This document shows, in pieces, positions 38,957 to 50,891 of a stretch of 64,000 nucleotides of DNA. The position numbers and the translations under genes were made by a program. The stretch's first letter is position 1, and every line of letters starts with the position of its first letter. Origin of the DNA: Octopus sinensis (taxonomy: Eukaryota); contig NC_043004.1 of assembly GCF_006345805.1 (NCBI RefSeq), forward strand, positions 40,982,001 through 41,046,000, given 5' to 3'. The notes beneath the pieces were generated by a model, which saw nothing but the letters and a program-made list of their open reading frames with translations, did no database searches and was not told the DNA's origin.

Positions 38957-39939
38957 GGATCATTTCGGTTTGAATGGTAGTTTTTAACATAATTTCTAGG
39001 TAACTAAAAAATTTTAAACTTCATATACTGGTAGAATGTGTTTATAAAACATTTTTTTCTCTTGGCTTTATTGAGAAAATTCTATAGTTTGTAAGATATA
39101 TTTTGTTTTTTTTCTTCAGTTTCTGCAATTTCAACCAATCACTGACGTTTATTGAGGTAAAAAACATTCTGTGCCGTATGAATATGTCCCTCGTTTAAGA
39201 AACAGATTGGGTTTATTTACATTTGTGAAGAGAAAAAGATACCCTTCCTCCCACCCTTAACCCTAACTCTAACCCTAAAGCAAATTGCAACATGTATCAA
39301 AAAGCCGAAATATTGCAACATGCATGGAGAAAAGGAAGAAATGTGAATTACCACTTTCTATTGATTAAAGAAAATGTGAAAGAAAGAAATATAAATGACA
39401 TTGATTTCTATTTATTTTAAAGCTAAATTAAACAGATCTGGTGGAACTATACAACACATTTTATGAAATTCATAAAAAAACACATTTGAAATGGTAAATT
39501 AAACAGTATAAGAATCTTTTCGGTTTGAACGGCAGTTTTTAACATAATTTCTAGGTAACTAAAAAATTTTAAACTTCGTATACTGGTAGAATGTTTTTAT
39601 AAAACATATTTTTCTCTTGGCTTTATTGAGAAAATTATATAGTTTGTAAGATATTTGTTGTTTTTTTTCTTCAATTTCTGCAATTTAAACTAATCACTGA
39701 TGTCCATTGAGGTAAAAAAAACACTCTGTGCTGTATGAATATGTCCCTCGTTTAAGAAACAGATTGGGTTTAATTACATTTGTGAAGAAAAAAAGATACC
39801 CTTCCCCCACCCCTAACCCTAACTAACCCTAACCCTAAAATGGATTGAAATGCAATAGATCGATACTAGGGTCATAATTATGGGTGACAATTTCATATGA
39901 CACCACTAGAAAAAACTGCCGTTCAAACCGAAAAGATCC
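38957..39939. mobile_element. Composite GGATC-MITE (partial copy + ~220-bp spacer + full copy) inside one TSD
   Basis: GGGTTTAA at 38949-56 and 39940-47. Confidence 0.8.
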
Positions 39940-39971
39940 GGGTTTAAAAAGCAATAATAAATAAATATATA

Positions 39972-40032
39972 AAAGATTAGCATGGCCCCTGCGCAAGGAT
40001 GACATGCAAATTCGTGAAGTGTTCCATATTTT
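39972..40032 (+). pseudogene. U6: U6 snRNA 3' half fused to a SINE (second copy)
   Basis: AAAGATTAGCATGGCCCCTGCGCAAGGATGACATGCAAATTCGTGAAGTGTTCCATATTTT, followed by the same SINE variant to 40241. Confidence 0.93.
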
Positions 40033-41248
40033 AAGTGCAGGAGTGGCTGTGTGATAAGTAGCTGATCTGGGTTCAGTCCCACTGCGTGGCCCCTTGGACT
40101 ATAGCTTCTACTATAGTCCCAGGCAGACCAAAGCCATGTGAGTGGATTTTGGTAGACAGAACTAAAAGAAGCTTGTCGTATATATATATATATATATATA
40201 TATGTTTGTGTGTCTGTGTTTGTCCCCACACAATCACTTGACAATAATAAATCTCTGAACGAGGTATAAACGAGGTTTAGCCTTTTGTCCAACACTGTAA
40301 TAACTCAGTTGGCAAAGCAAAGGACTGTAATTTTTAAATTAATGTCTGTTAGTATAAACACTGATTTCTAAGTCTGGGAAAAGGACCACAAATTTCAGTG
40401 GAGAGAACAGTTAACTGAATCAGTTAAGGTGAGACAGTGTCACGTGACAACTTGCTGGCGCTGCCTGCTGGAGGCTAGCGACAGGTATTTAAAGGGAAAA
40501 ATTTGACAAGTCAGTCAGCCACTGGCTGACACTTGCTGACGATACATCGAAGAGGCTAGGGAACAGAAGAAAGAAGAAGAAGACATGAACCCAACACCAG
40601 ATCTGAAGGAACCTCCGAAAGGAGGAGCCCCGCCACGTCAAAACAGGAGAGGAGTAGGGACCGAAACAAGACATGGTTCCTCCTGATGATGTCTTGAGCT
40701 AACTGGATCCTATAAAGGAGCTGTTGTGGTAGCAGACCACGAAACACAGTTGTAATTCCTTGGCAGATACCTGGTTTTATTGACACCAGAAGTGTGAAGG
40801 GTAAAGTTGACCACAGCAAGATTTAAACTCAAAATGTAGAGAGCTGTAACTAAATACCACAAGGCATTTACTTTTAACTCTCTAACAATTCTGTCAATGT
40901 TCCATTCTGATTACTGTTAATACGATCACAACCACAACTACAAATTATATAGACATTATCATTATCATTAATTATATAAACAACTGGCCAACCATCAAAG
41001 CACTGTAATCTTTCGATCATAGATCTTCTTGATCAAAGCTGACTTGAAGCAAAATAATAAGATAAAACAACAACATACAGAGGAAAAGCCTCTACATGAG
41101 TACTCCATCTGCAAGAAACAGCAGTCAAATATCCCTCACTTCAAACTCTACCATGTTAAAGGATGGATATATTGGAAATGTAATCTCAGTTGTTCAAAAA
41201 GATGGATGGAATCTTTTTTGATGAAAGATTCGTTTGATCAAGACTAAA

Positions 41249-41649
41249 TCTTTATATATAAAAGTAAGGTTGTGTGGTGTCTGTCTCCTACGATTTAGAT
41301 CCCTAACTACTCCCACATGTTGCGGTGCAGTTTAACCAAAAGCGGGTATCTTATAGTCGTGATTCATATCGAGCCCTTCTGGGTACTAGCACGCGTCTAC
41401 GATGAGTCTACGATTTAAAAAAAAATTTACCATCATTTTTTCCCATTTTTAATGCATTTTTTTTTGCTATTATATAAGGGAAGTAACTCTCTAAAAATGT
41501 ATTATTAAATCTCAGAACGTAAAAAGCTACAGTAATACCTCCCCTTTGTGGTTAGCCATATTGAGATGGCTATTATACTTTACATCTCTAAAAATGCTTA
41601 TATAGTTATTTCCCTTACTAACCCGAGCAACGCCGGGCGATACTGCTAG
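41249..41649 (+). mobile_element. Non-autonomous Helitron
   Basis: A|TC 5' end (TCTTTATATATAAAAG), subterminal hairpin CCCGAGCAACGCCGGG (41622-37), CTAG|T 3' end, no TSD. Confidence 0.85.
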
Positions 41650-44337
41650 TTCAATATAAATAACAAGAACAACAAAATACAATTCACACTCCTACCATCA
41701 CTATAACAACAACTACACATTACTTGTGAATTACGCTAATTCATATTTTCATTCTATAAGGTGATAAGTTGGAGAATTGTTAGCATACCAGGCAAAATGC
41801 TTAGCGGCATTTCGTCAGTCTTTACATTTTGAGTTCAAATTCCGCTGAGGTCGACTTTGTCTTTCATCGTTTCGGGGTTGATTAAAATAAGAACCAGTTG
41901 AGCAGTGGGGTGGCTGTAATCGACCATTCCCTACCTCTGAAATTGTTGGCCTTGTGCCAAAATTTGCAATCAATATTTGCATTCTGTGAAGAAAAACTAA
42001 TGTTACAAGGAGATGAAGGATAGAGAGATGCTTGCTGCATCCACTACATCCAAAGACAAAGTTCTAATGATTGAGATTCTTCACAGTCATGTAGCCTCCA
42101 GGTGCGCTAAAATGGATCATGTGTTCTCTTGGCAGAAAAACTTTCACCAGCTTTTGGGAACCCACTATTCCCTATAAGAAAGGCAGTTCTTGGGTCATTT
42201 CGGTTTGAACGGCAGGTTTTTCTAGCGGTGTCATATGAAATTGTCACCCATAATTATGACCCTAGTATCGATCTATTGCATTTCAATCTGTTTTGGGGTT
42301 AGGGTTAGTTAGGGGTGGGGGGAAAGGGTATCTTTTTTTCTTCACAAATGTAAATAAACCCAATCTGTTTCTTAAACGAATCTTACAAACTATACAATTT
42401 TTTCAATAAAGCCAAAAGAAAAAGATGTTTTATAAACATATTCTACCAGTATACGAAGTTTAAAATTTTTTAGTTACCTAGAAATTATGTTAAAAACTGC
42501 CGTTCAAACCGAAAAGATCCGTGTTCTCTGCTACATCCAAAAATAACAACTATAAATCAAAGAGAAAGAGAGAATAAGTTGCTTTCTTTTATTTTGTCAA
42601 TTCGTTCTGCTACAAAAATACAACTGGAAAATGCAGTCCTTCTAAACCAGGAAACAGACAGGTTGGTCACAACTGGAACACTTCACATCATGGGTCTGCT
42701 TCGTCAGGGTTGACCTTGAACGGAACAACAATACTTCTTTCCAATAGTGGAACAAGGGAGATAATCTTTGCAGGAACTGGAAAGTTGATTGCACTGAACC
42801 TAGTACTTAGCTGGTACCTATTTTATCAACCCCAAATTTATAAAAGACACAAAGTCTACCTCAGTGGCATTTAAACTCAGAATGTAAAGAGCTAGAAGTG
42901 CCATTAACCATTTTGTGTGATGTACTAACAAATCAGCCAGTTTGCCATGACAACAATAACAACAGCAATACATAGTTTTAACCTTATTTCTCAGTTTAAT
43001 GAATAAAAATTACTGTATGTTACCCATAACTTTACTACCCACAAGGGGCTAAACACAGAGAGGACAAACAAGGACAGACAAACGGATTAAGTCGATTACA
43101 TTGATCCCAGTGCGTAACTGGTACTTATTTAATCGACCCTGAAAGGATGAAAGGTAAAGTTGACCTCGGCGGAATTTGCCTTTCATCCTTTCGGGGTCTG
43201 CCGTTACGTTGTGACTTCAAATTCCGCTGAGGCCGACTTTACCTTTCATCCTTTCGGGGTCGATAAATTAAGTACCAGTTACGCACTGGGATCGATATAA
43301 TCGACTTAATACCTATGTTTGTCCTTGTTTGGCCCCTTGTGGGTAATAAAGAAATAGGTAACATACAGTAATTATGTATGTTACCATTAGGGATCTTTTC
43401 GGTTTGAACGGCAGTTTTTCTAGCGGTGTCATATGAAATTGTCACCCATAATTATGACCCTAGAATCAATCTATTGCATTTCAATCTGTTTTAGGGTTAG
43501 GGTTAGGGATGGGGGGAAGGGTATCTTTTTTTCTTCACAAATGTAAATAAAGCCAGTCTGTTTCTTGAACGAGGGACATATTCATACGGCACAGAATGTT
43601 TTTTTTTTACCTCAATGGACGTCACTGATTGGTTGAAATTGAAGAAAAAAACAACAAATATCTTACAAACTATAGAACTTTCTCAATAAAGCCAAGAGAA
43701 ATAGATGTTTTATAAACACATTCTACCAATATACAAAGTTTAAAATTTTTTTAGTTACCCAGAAATTATGTTAAAAACTGCCATTCAAACCGAAAAGATC
43801 CGAAGCAGCATTTTAATCTGCACTTATATATATTATATTTTAATGGGTTTTATTCTCAAAGATGAAGGCAACGAGCTGGCAGAATCATAAACATGTAGGA
43901 TAAAGCGTTTAGCAGCATTTTGTCTGTCTTTACATTCTGATACCAAATTCTGCCAGGGCTAACTTTGTCTTTCATTCTTTTGGGGTTGGTAAAATACGAA
44001 CCAGTCAAGCACTGGGATCTGTTGAGGTGTATGGCTTAGTGGTTAGGGTGTTGGACTCATGATCCTAAGATTGTGGTTTCAGTTGTTGGACCAGGTAACG
44101 AGTTTGTTCTTGAACAAAACAACACTTCATTTCACGTTGCTCCAGTCCACTCAGCTGGCAAAAATGAGTAATTCTGTGACAGACCAGCATTCCATCCAGG
44201 TGGGGAATTTATAAGCCAAGGGAACCAGGAAATCAGCCCTTATGAGTCGTCATGACTCAAGAAGGTAACTAACTTCAATGGGATTGATGTAATCAGTTTA
44301 ACCCCACTCCAAACTTGCTGGCCTGGAGCCAAAATTT

Positions 44338-44556
44338 GAAGAAGAAGAAGAAGAAGAAGAAGAAGAAGAAGAAGAAGAAGAAGAAGAAGAAGAAGAAGAA
44401 GAAAAGAAGAAGAAGAAGAAGAAGAAGAAGAAGAAGAGAAGAAGAAGAAAGAAGAGAGAAGAAGAAGAGAAGAAGAAGAAGAAGAAAGAAGAAGAAGAAG
44501 AAGAAGAAGAAGAAGAAGAAGAAGAAGAAGAAGAAGAAGAAGAAGAAGAGAAGAAG
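44338..44556. repeat. (GAA)n microsatellite of about 220 bp, grown from a SINE-type tail
   Basis: Follows ...GGCCTGGAGCCAAAATTTGAA. Source of the poly-K and poly-L ORFs. Confidence 0.92.
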
Positions 44557-45280
44557 CCGCCGCCGACGTCGACAACATCGTCACCAGTTGCTACAAACTT
44601 TCAAACTAGCCTACTGCAAGAATTCTGTTGCAATCTTAAATACAGAAAGCAGTATAAAAAAGAAAACAAAAATCCAAAAGAAATCGTAGAGCTCTAAATA
44701 TTATTTCAGAGTTGTACTTGTCAAGCAAGTAACTTAATCTAAGATCATGTTGAGAAACTAGTTTAAGCTGCAGTGGAATAGTGTCAGTGATCAAGACCAC
44801 AGTTTGGCAACAAAAATTTCTAAAATAAATCTAAAGTAAATTTAATATCCTGGTTAAAATGGCTCTTTTATTCATGCCTAACTTTGAAGGCGGCGAGCTG
44901 GCAGAAGCTTTAGCACGCCGGGCGAAATGCGTAGCCGTATTTCGTCTGCCGCTACGTTGTGAGTTCAAATTCCGCCGAGGTCGACTTTGCCTTTCATCCT
45001 TTCGGGGTCGATAAATTAAGTACCAGTTACTCACTGGGGAAGATGTAATCGACTTTATCCCTTTGTCTGTGCTTGTGTGTCCCCTCTATGTTTAGCCCCT
45101 TGTGGGCAATAAAGAAATATCTCGCGTTATTATGTGACACCAGTACGAGTGCTTTATACCACTAGAAGGCCTGGTCTTAACACTTCTGCTGCAGAGTACA
45201 GGTCTTTTTGAGTACAGCAAGATGCCAGACATCTTGGTTCTTTGTCATCTTCAGTGAAAGGTTCCGCACCCTGAGGTCAT

Positions 45281-45343
<63 letters not shown>

Positions 45344-46401
45344 TTATAAGATATATATATATATCTTATAAATTATAAAATTGAAATGGCAGGATAGGCT
45401 ATTATTTGATAAAATGAGAAGGGTGCAAGGGTGTTAGTGTGAGGGAAATCAGATGGCATAGGGAGAATGACTGATATCAGGGAAGGGGAGGACAGAGTTG
45501 TGTAAATGACAAATATGGAGGAGCGGTGGGATGATAACGTTAATACAGCTGTCATTCAGGGATATACACGCAACGCTGAATACATAAATACATAGATACA
45601 TGCATACATACTTACACACACACACATACGCCTAAGTAACTTTTAAAATGACGAGGAAAGGAAAGAATGATGGGTGTAAGAAATATGTAGCTTTAAAGAT
45701 AGAAGGAATAAATTGATAACAATTGTTCACAGGTGGCATTTGTGCTATCCATTGCACACACACATACATGTATACTATACACCATTTTCAACTTGTGATT
45801 ATCTGTGTGTACGTTTGTAAATGCGTGTGTGTTGGTGTGTCACGTCCAATAACTGTCTGTCTCTCTACTTCTATACGGTCTTCTCTGTTGCTGCCACATA
45901 TTGTGAAATTTTAAAAATTAAATCAAAATTTTCAACTTTGGTACATTGAAATAATTTTCCACGGCATGGCTGCAGTCCAATGATTGAAACAAGTAGAATG
46001 TAAAAGACACTGTCAACAAGCAAATCACATTTCAAAAATAACTGAACAAGCAATATTCCCTTCGCATTGTAGGTCGTCTACAACACTGTGTGACCTTTCT
46101 CACGCACTAAATTATTTCCGTAAGCTAACACCAACTGATTATACTAAATTTGTTCTTCCCCAATCGCTGGAGATTCATCCACTACAGTTAGTGCCCGTGT
46201 CCACTGTAACTGACAAAGAAGTGTATAGAAGTTTCACATGATTACCCAAATATAGCATATTTCAAAACAAGATTTTAGGACTTAACACTTCATAATTTAA
46301 ATACTAAAATGAATTTTTGTAATAAAAGCCAAGTGAAAAATCACACACTATCAACTACGAAGTTATCTCCCTTACACTTATACTAATTTTATAAGATAAT
46401 C

Positions 46402-46809
46402 GGATCTTTTCGGTTTGAACGGCAGTTTTTTCTAGCGGTGTCATATGAAATTGTCACCCATAATTATGACCCTAGTATCGATCTATTGCATTTCAATCTG
46501 TTTTAGGGTTAGGGGTGGGGGGAAGGGTATCTTTTTTTTCTTCACAAATGTAAATAAACCCAATCTGTTTCTTAAACGAGGGACATATTCATACGGCACA
46601 GAATTTTTTTTTTTTACCTCAATAGACGTCAGTGATTGGTTGAAATTGCAGAAAAAACCAACAACAAATATCTTACAAACTATAGAATTTTCTGAATAAA
46701 GCCAAGAGAAAAAGATGTTTTATAAACACATTCTACCAGTATACGAAGTTTAAAATTTTTTAGTTACCTAAAATTATGTTAAAAACTGCCGTTCAAACCG
46801 AAAAGATCT
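46402..46809. mobile_element. GGATC-ended MITE, 8-bp TSD
   Basis: AGATAATC at 46394-401 and 46810-17. Confidence 0.92.
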
Positions 46810-49076
46810 AGATAATCTTGTCGATGAGGACTTATTAATGTTCTTCGTTTCAGTTATATAATTCGAGATATATTTAATCAGTGCAACAATGCCTTTTGAT
46901 ATTATCAAACGCGTTAAACACGCGCGACAAAATGCTTAGCGGCATTTCGGGGTCGATAATGTAATTTACTAGTACGACACTGAAGTCGATGTAATCGACT
47001 TACTCCTGCCTTGAAATTGCTCGCCTTGGGCCAAAATTTGAAACCGATATTATCAAACGCGTAAAGGTGCCGAGCTGGCAGAAACGTTAGCACGCCGGGC
47101 GAAATGCTTAGCGGTATTTCGTCTGCCGCTACGTTCTGAGTTAAAATTCCACCGAGGTCGACTTTGCCTTTCATCCTTTCGGGGTCGATTAAATAAGTAC
47201 CAGTTACACACTAAGGTCGATATAATCGACTTAATTCGTTTGTCTGTCCTTGTTTGTCCTCTTTGTGTTTAGCCCCTTGTGGGTAGTAAAGAAATAGCCA
47301 TTTCGTCCGCCGATACGTACTGAGTTCAGTTGCTGCCGATGTCGACTTTGCCTTCATCTTTACGGGTTTGATAAATTAGTTCCAGTTGAGCAATTATGAA
47401 TGTTCCTCCTCTCAAAAGTACTAGTGTTATGCCAAAATTAAAAATTAAAAACATTATCAAAGCGTTCCAGTCATGACAATCCCATCTTTTTGTAACTAGG
47501 ACCATTCTTACCCAATGTGTGTATTCGTTATAAGATAATGCGATGTGGTTGTAAGGACTAAACTACGCTATCAAAAGTAAGCCCAGTATAAGTACAGGGA
47601 AGATTGGCTGCTATTTCTAGCAGATCGAGTGACCGCATATAGTTACTGCCTTGTTAGACCAGTGTTCAGTTTTTTGTCAAAAATGGAAGCAAACTTTCCT
47701 GCCTCCTTTGAGATTTTTTCGGTTGAAACCATCCTTAACGTTTAAATTAAGGTGGGATTTTTACACCGATCCGATATTTCTAGATACTTTCATAACTTAT
47801 CTTTCACTTGTATCAGTCATTAGACTGTGGCCATGCTGGGGCACCGCCTCGAAGAATTTTAATCGAACGAATCGATCGCAGTATTTTTTTAAAAGCCTAG
47901 TACTTACTTTACCGGAGATGGGGTGGATTGCTGACCAGCTACGTTTCGGGGACAAACTCAGACACCAACACACACACACACATATATATATATATGAAGT
48001 GCTTCTCTTAATTTCCAGCTACTAAATCCACTGAAAGCTTTAGTCGGCCCGAGGCTACAGCAGAAGACATTTGCCCAAAATGCCACGCAGTAGGACTGAA
48101 ATGCGGTTGGAAAGCAAACTTGTTACCACACAGCCATGTTAGCCATTTTTTTCCGGGAAAGCTTTATTTAAACAAAAGATAACATATGTAATTATATATG
48201 GTTCCGGGTTCAGTCCCACTGCGTGGCATCTTGGGCAAGTGTCTTCTGCTAAAGCCCCGGGCCGACCAATGCCTTGTGAGTGGATTTGGTAGACGGAAAC
48301 TGAAAGAAGCCCATCGTATATATATGTATATGTGTTTGTCCCCCAGCATTGCTTGACAACCGATGCTGGTGTGTTTACGTCCCCGTCACTTAGCGGTTCG
48401 GCAAAAGTGACCGATAGAATAAGTACTGGGCTTACAAAGAATAAGTCCCGGGGTCAATTTGCACTACTAAAGGCGGTGCTCCAGCATGACCACAGTCAAA
48501 TGACTGAAACAAGTAAAAGAGATATGTAATTATATATATATATATACTCTTTCCATCCTGCATGTATAGTAGTGACTGCAGATGTCAACAAATCAAGGTT
48601 TAAAAAAAAAATTCCGAGTTCCGCTTTTCCGCATTTTCAGGATTGAGACTGTATCTTATCTTCCTTGTAAGGCTGCATGAAGGCGCGTGGATGGGTGGTT
48701 AGTGCCTTCGGCTCACAATCGTAAGGTCGTGAGCTCAACACATGGCGGCGCATTGCGTTCTTTAGCAAGACACTTTATTTCATGTTGCTCCAGTCCACTC
48801 AGCTGGCAAAAATGAGTAGTATTTGTATTTCAAAGGACTGGCTTGCCACACTGAATCTCCATGAGAACTCTGTGAAGAGTACACGTGTCTGTGGAGTGCT
48901 CAGCCTCTTGCACGTTAATTTCACGAGCAAGCTGTTCCGTTGATCGGATCAGCTGGAACTTTCGTTGTCGTAACCGACGGACTTCCAGTCAAGGCTGCGT
49001 ATTCTAAAATCAGCTCCATCGCTTTTCCCAAATTACCACTACGTGGTCCTACCAGGTAGAAAAGAGCACTTAAATC

Positions 49077-50244
49077 GGAGCTTTTCGGTTTGAACGGCAG
49101 TTTTTTCTAGCGGTGTCATGTGAAATTGTCACCCATAATTATGACCCTAGTATCGATCTATTGCATTTCAATCTGTTTTAGGGTTAGGGTTCTTTTCCTT
49201 TTGAACGGCACTTTGTAACATAATTCTTAGTTAACTAAACACTTTTAAACTTCGTATGTTTATAAAACATCATTTTTTCTTGGTTTTATTGAGAAAATTC
49301 TATAATTTGTAAGATATTTCGAGCATTTCGGCAATTTTAACCAATCGCTGGAGTTCATTTAGGTAAGCAACATTCCGTGCTGTATGAATGTCCCTCGTTT
49401 AAGAAACAGATTGGGTTTATTTACATTTGTGAAGAAAAAAAGATACCCTTCCCCAACCCCTAACCCTAAATCTAAAATAGATTGAAATGCAATAGATCGA
49501 TACTAGGGCCATAATTATGGGTGACATTTTCATTTGACATCGCGAGAAAAAAATCCCATTTTCCGTAGCGGTGTCATGAAATTGTCACCCTTAATTATGG
49601 CCCTAGTATCGATCTATTGCATTTGAATCTATTTTAGATTTAGGGGTGGGGGAAGGGTATCTTTTTTTCTTCACAAATGTAAACCCAATCTGTTTCTTAA
49701 AGGAAGGACATATTCATACAGCACGGAATGTTGTTTACCTAAATGGACTCCAGCGATTGGTTAAAATTGCCGAAATGCTTGAAATTTCAGACGAAATATC
49801 TTACAAACCATAGAATTTTCTCAATAAAGCCAAGAAAAAATGATGTTTTGTAAACACATTCTACCAGTATACGAAGTTTAAAAGTGTTTAGTTAACTAGA
49901 AATTGTGTTGAAAAGTGCCGTTGAAAAGGAAAAGATCCGGGTTACGGTTAGGGGTGGGAGGAAGGTTATCTTTTTTTCTTCACAAATGTAAATAAATCCA
50001 ATCTGTTTCTTAAACGAGGGACATATTCATACGGCACAGAATGTTTTTTTTACCTCAATAGACGCCAGTGATTGGTTGAAATTGAAGAAAAAAACAACAA
50101 ATATCTTACAAACTATAGAATTTTCTCAATAAAGCCAAGTAGAAAAAGATATTTTATAAACACATTCTACCAGTATACGAAGTTTAAAATTCTCTAGTTA
50201 CCTAGAAATTATGTTAAAAACTGCCGTTCAAACCGAAAAGATCC
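49077..50244. mobile_element. GGATC-MITE interrupted by a ~750-bp foldback of a sister subfamily (49188-49938)
   Basis: Host halves 49077-49187 and 49939-50244. The insert has two inverted ~370-bp arms with variant TIR GGATCTTTTCCTTTTCAACGGCAC. Confidence 0.8.
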
Positions 50245-50623
50245 CTCAAAAAACCCAGAAAAAGGAAAAAAGCACTCTCCGATAACAAAACGGAATGGCT
50301 TTAACTGGAATATCTCACCAACAACCTTTACTGTTAACCGAAGTTATGTCCCTTACTAAGTTACCCCCCCCCCCCATAAATTCGTTTTTGTCTTTTACAC
50401 CTATCCTGCTTTACTGAAAGCCAAATTATATTGGTCTTTACGTCTATTAAATATATCGAAAATCACAATTTGCGACTTCTTTCAGTCAGCGTAAAATAGC
50501 CAGCAGAGACATAAAATAGTTATAGATCGACCATAGAAAATAGTTTTCAACATGGTTTATTATATATAACTCTTGGAAATAATAATAATCCGATTAATGT
50601 TCATGTTTAACTGTTCTGTAAGA

Positions 50624-50891
50624 CAGTGCTTCTCAAACTATTTGATGTGGCATACTGGCAGTTTTTTCCCCCATGTGCCAGGGACCGGTAATATTTCATA
50701 GTTGTACTAATTTATACTGGAAACAATATATATAATGAAATAAAACTTGACAATTTTTAAAATCTTTTATTTATTTTGTAAACAAATAATACATTATTAC
50801 ATAAACATTTTATAATATTTCTTTTCTTTTTCTGGAAACTCGCCGCGTACCGGTAGCTGATGGCTGGCGGACCATCACTCTGAGAAGCTTA
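50624..50891. mobile_element. hAT (Charlie-like) MITE
   Basis: CAGTGCTTCTCAAA start, TGAGAAGC end. 8-bp TSD CT(G/A)TAAGA at 50616-23 and 50892-99. Confidence 0.75.

Noticed and set aside
39250-39840. Telomere or interstitial fusion site from (CCCTAA)n
   Set aside because: Only 2-4 units, always at the same position inside the MITE.
40298-40350. tRNA-Tyr-like stretch (AACTCAGTTGGCAAAGCAAAGGACTGTAA)
   Set aside because: No T-arm or acceptor stem; at most a decayed tRNA or SINE head.
40657-40790. CTGATGA and GAAAC motifs suggesting a hammerhead; possible H-type pseudoknot GGGACC/GGTTCC + CAAGACA/TGTCTTG
   Set aside because: Helix connectivity does not fit any hammerhead or HDV-like topology. 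A single short pseudoknot can arise by chance.
44240-44689. Poly-Lys/Arg and poly-Leu ORFs
   Set aside because: Translations of a (GAA)n microsatellite.
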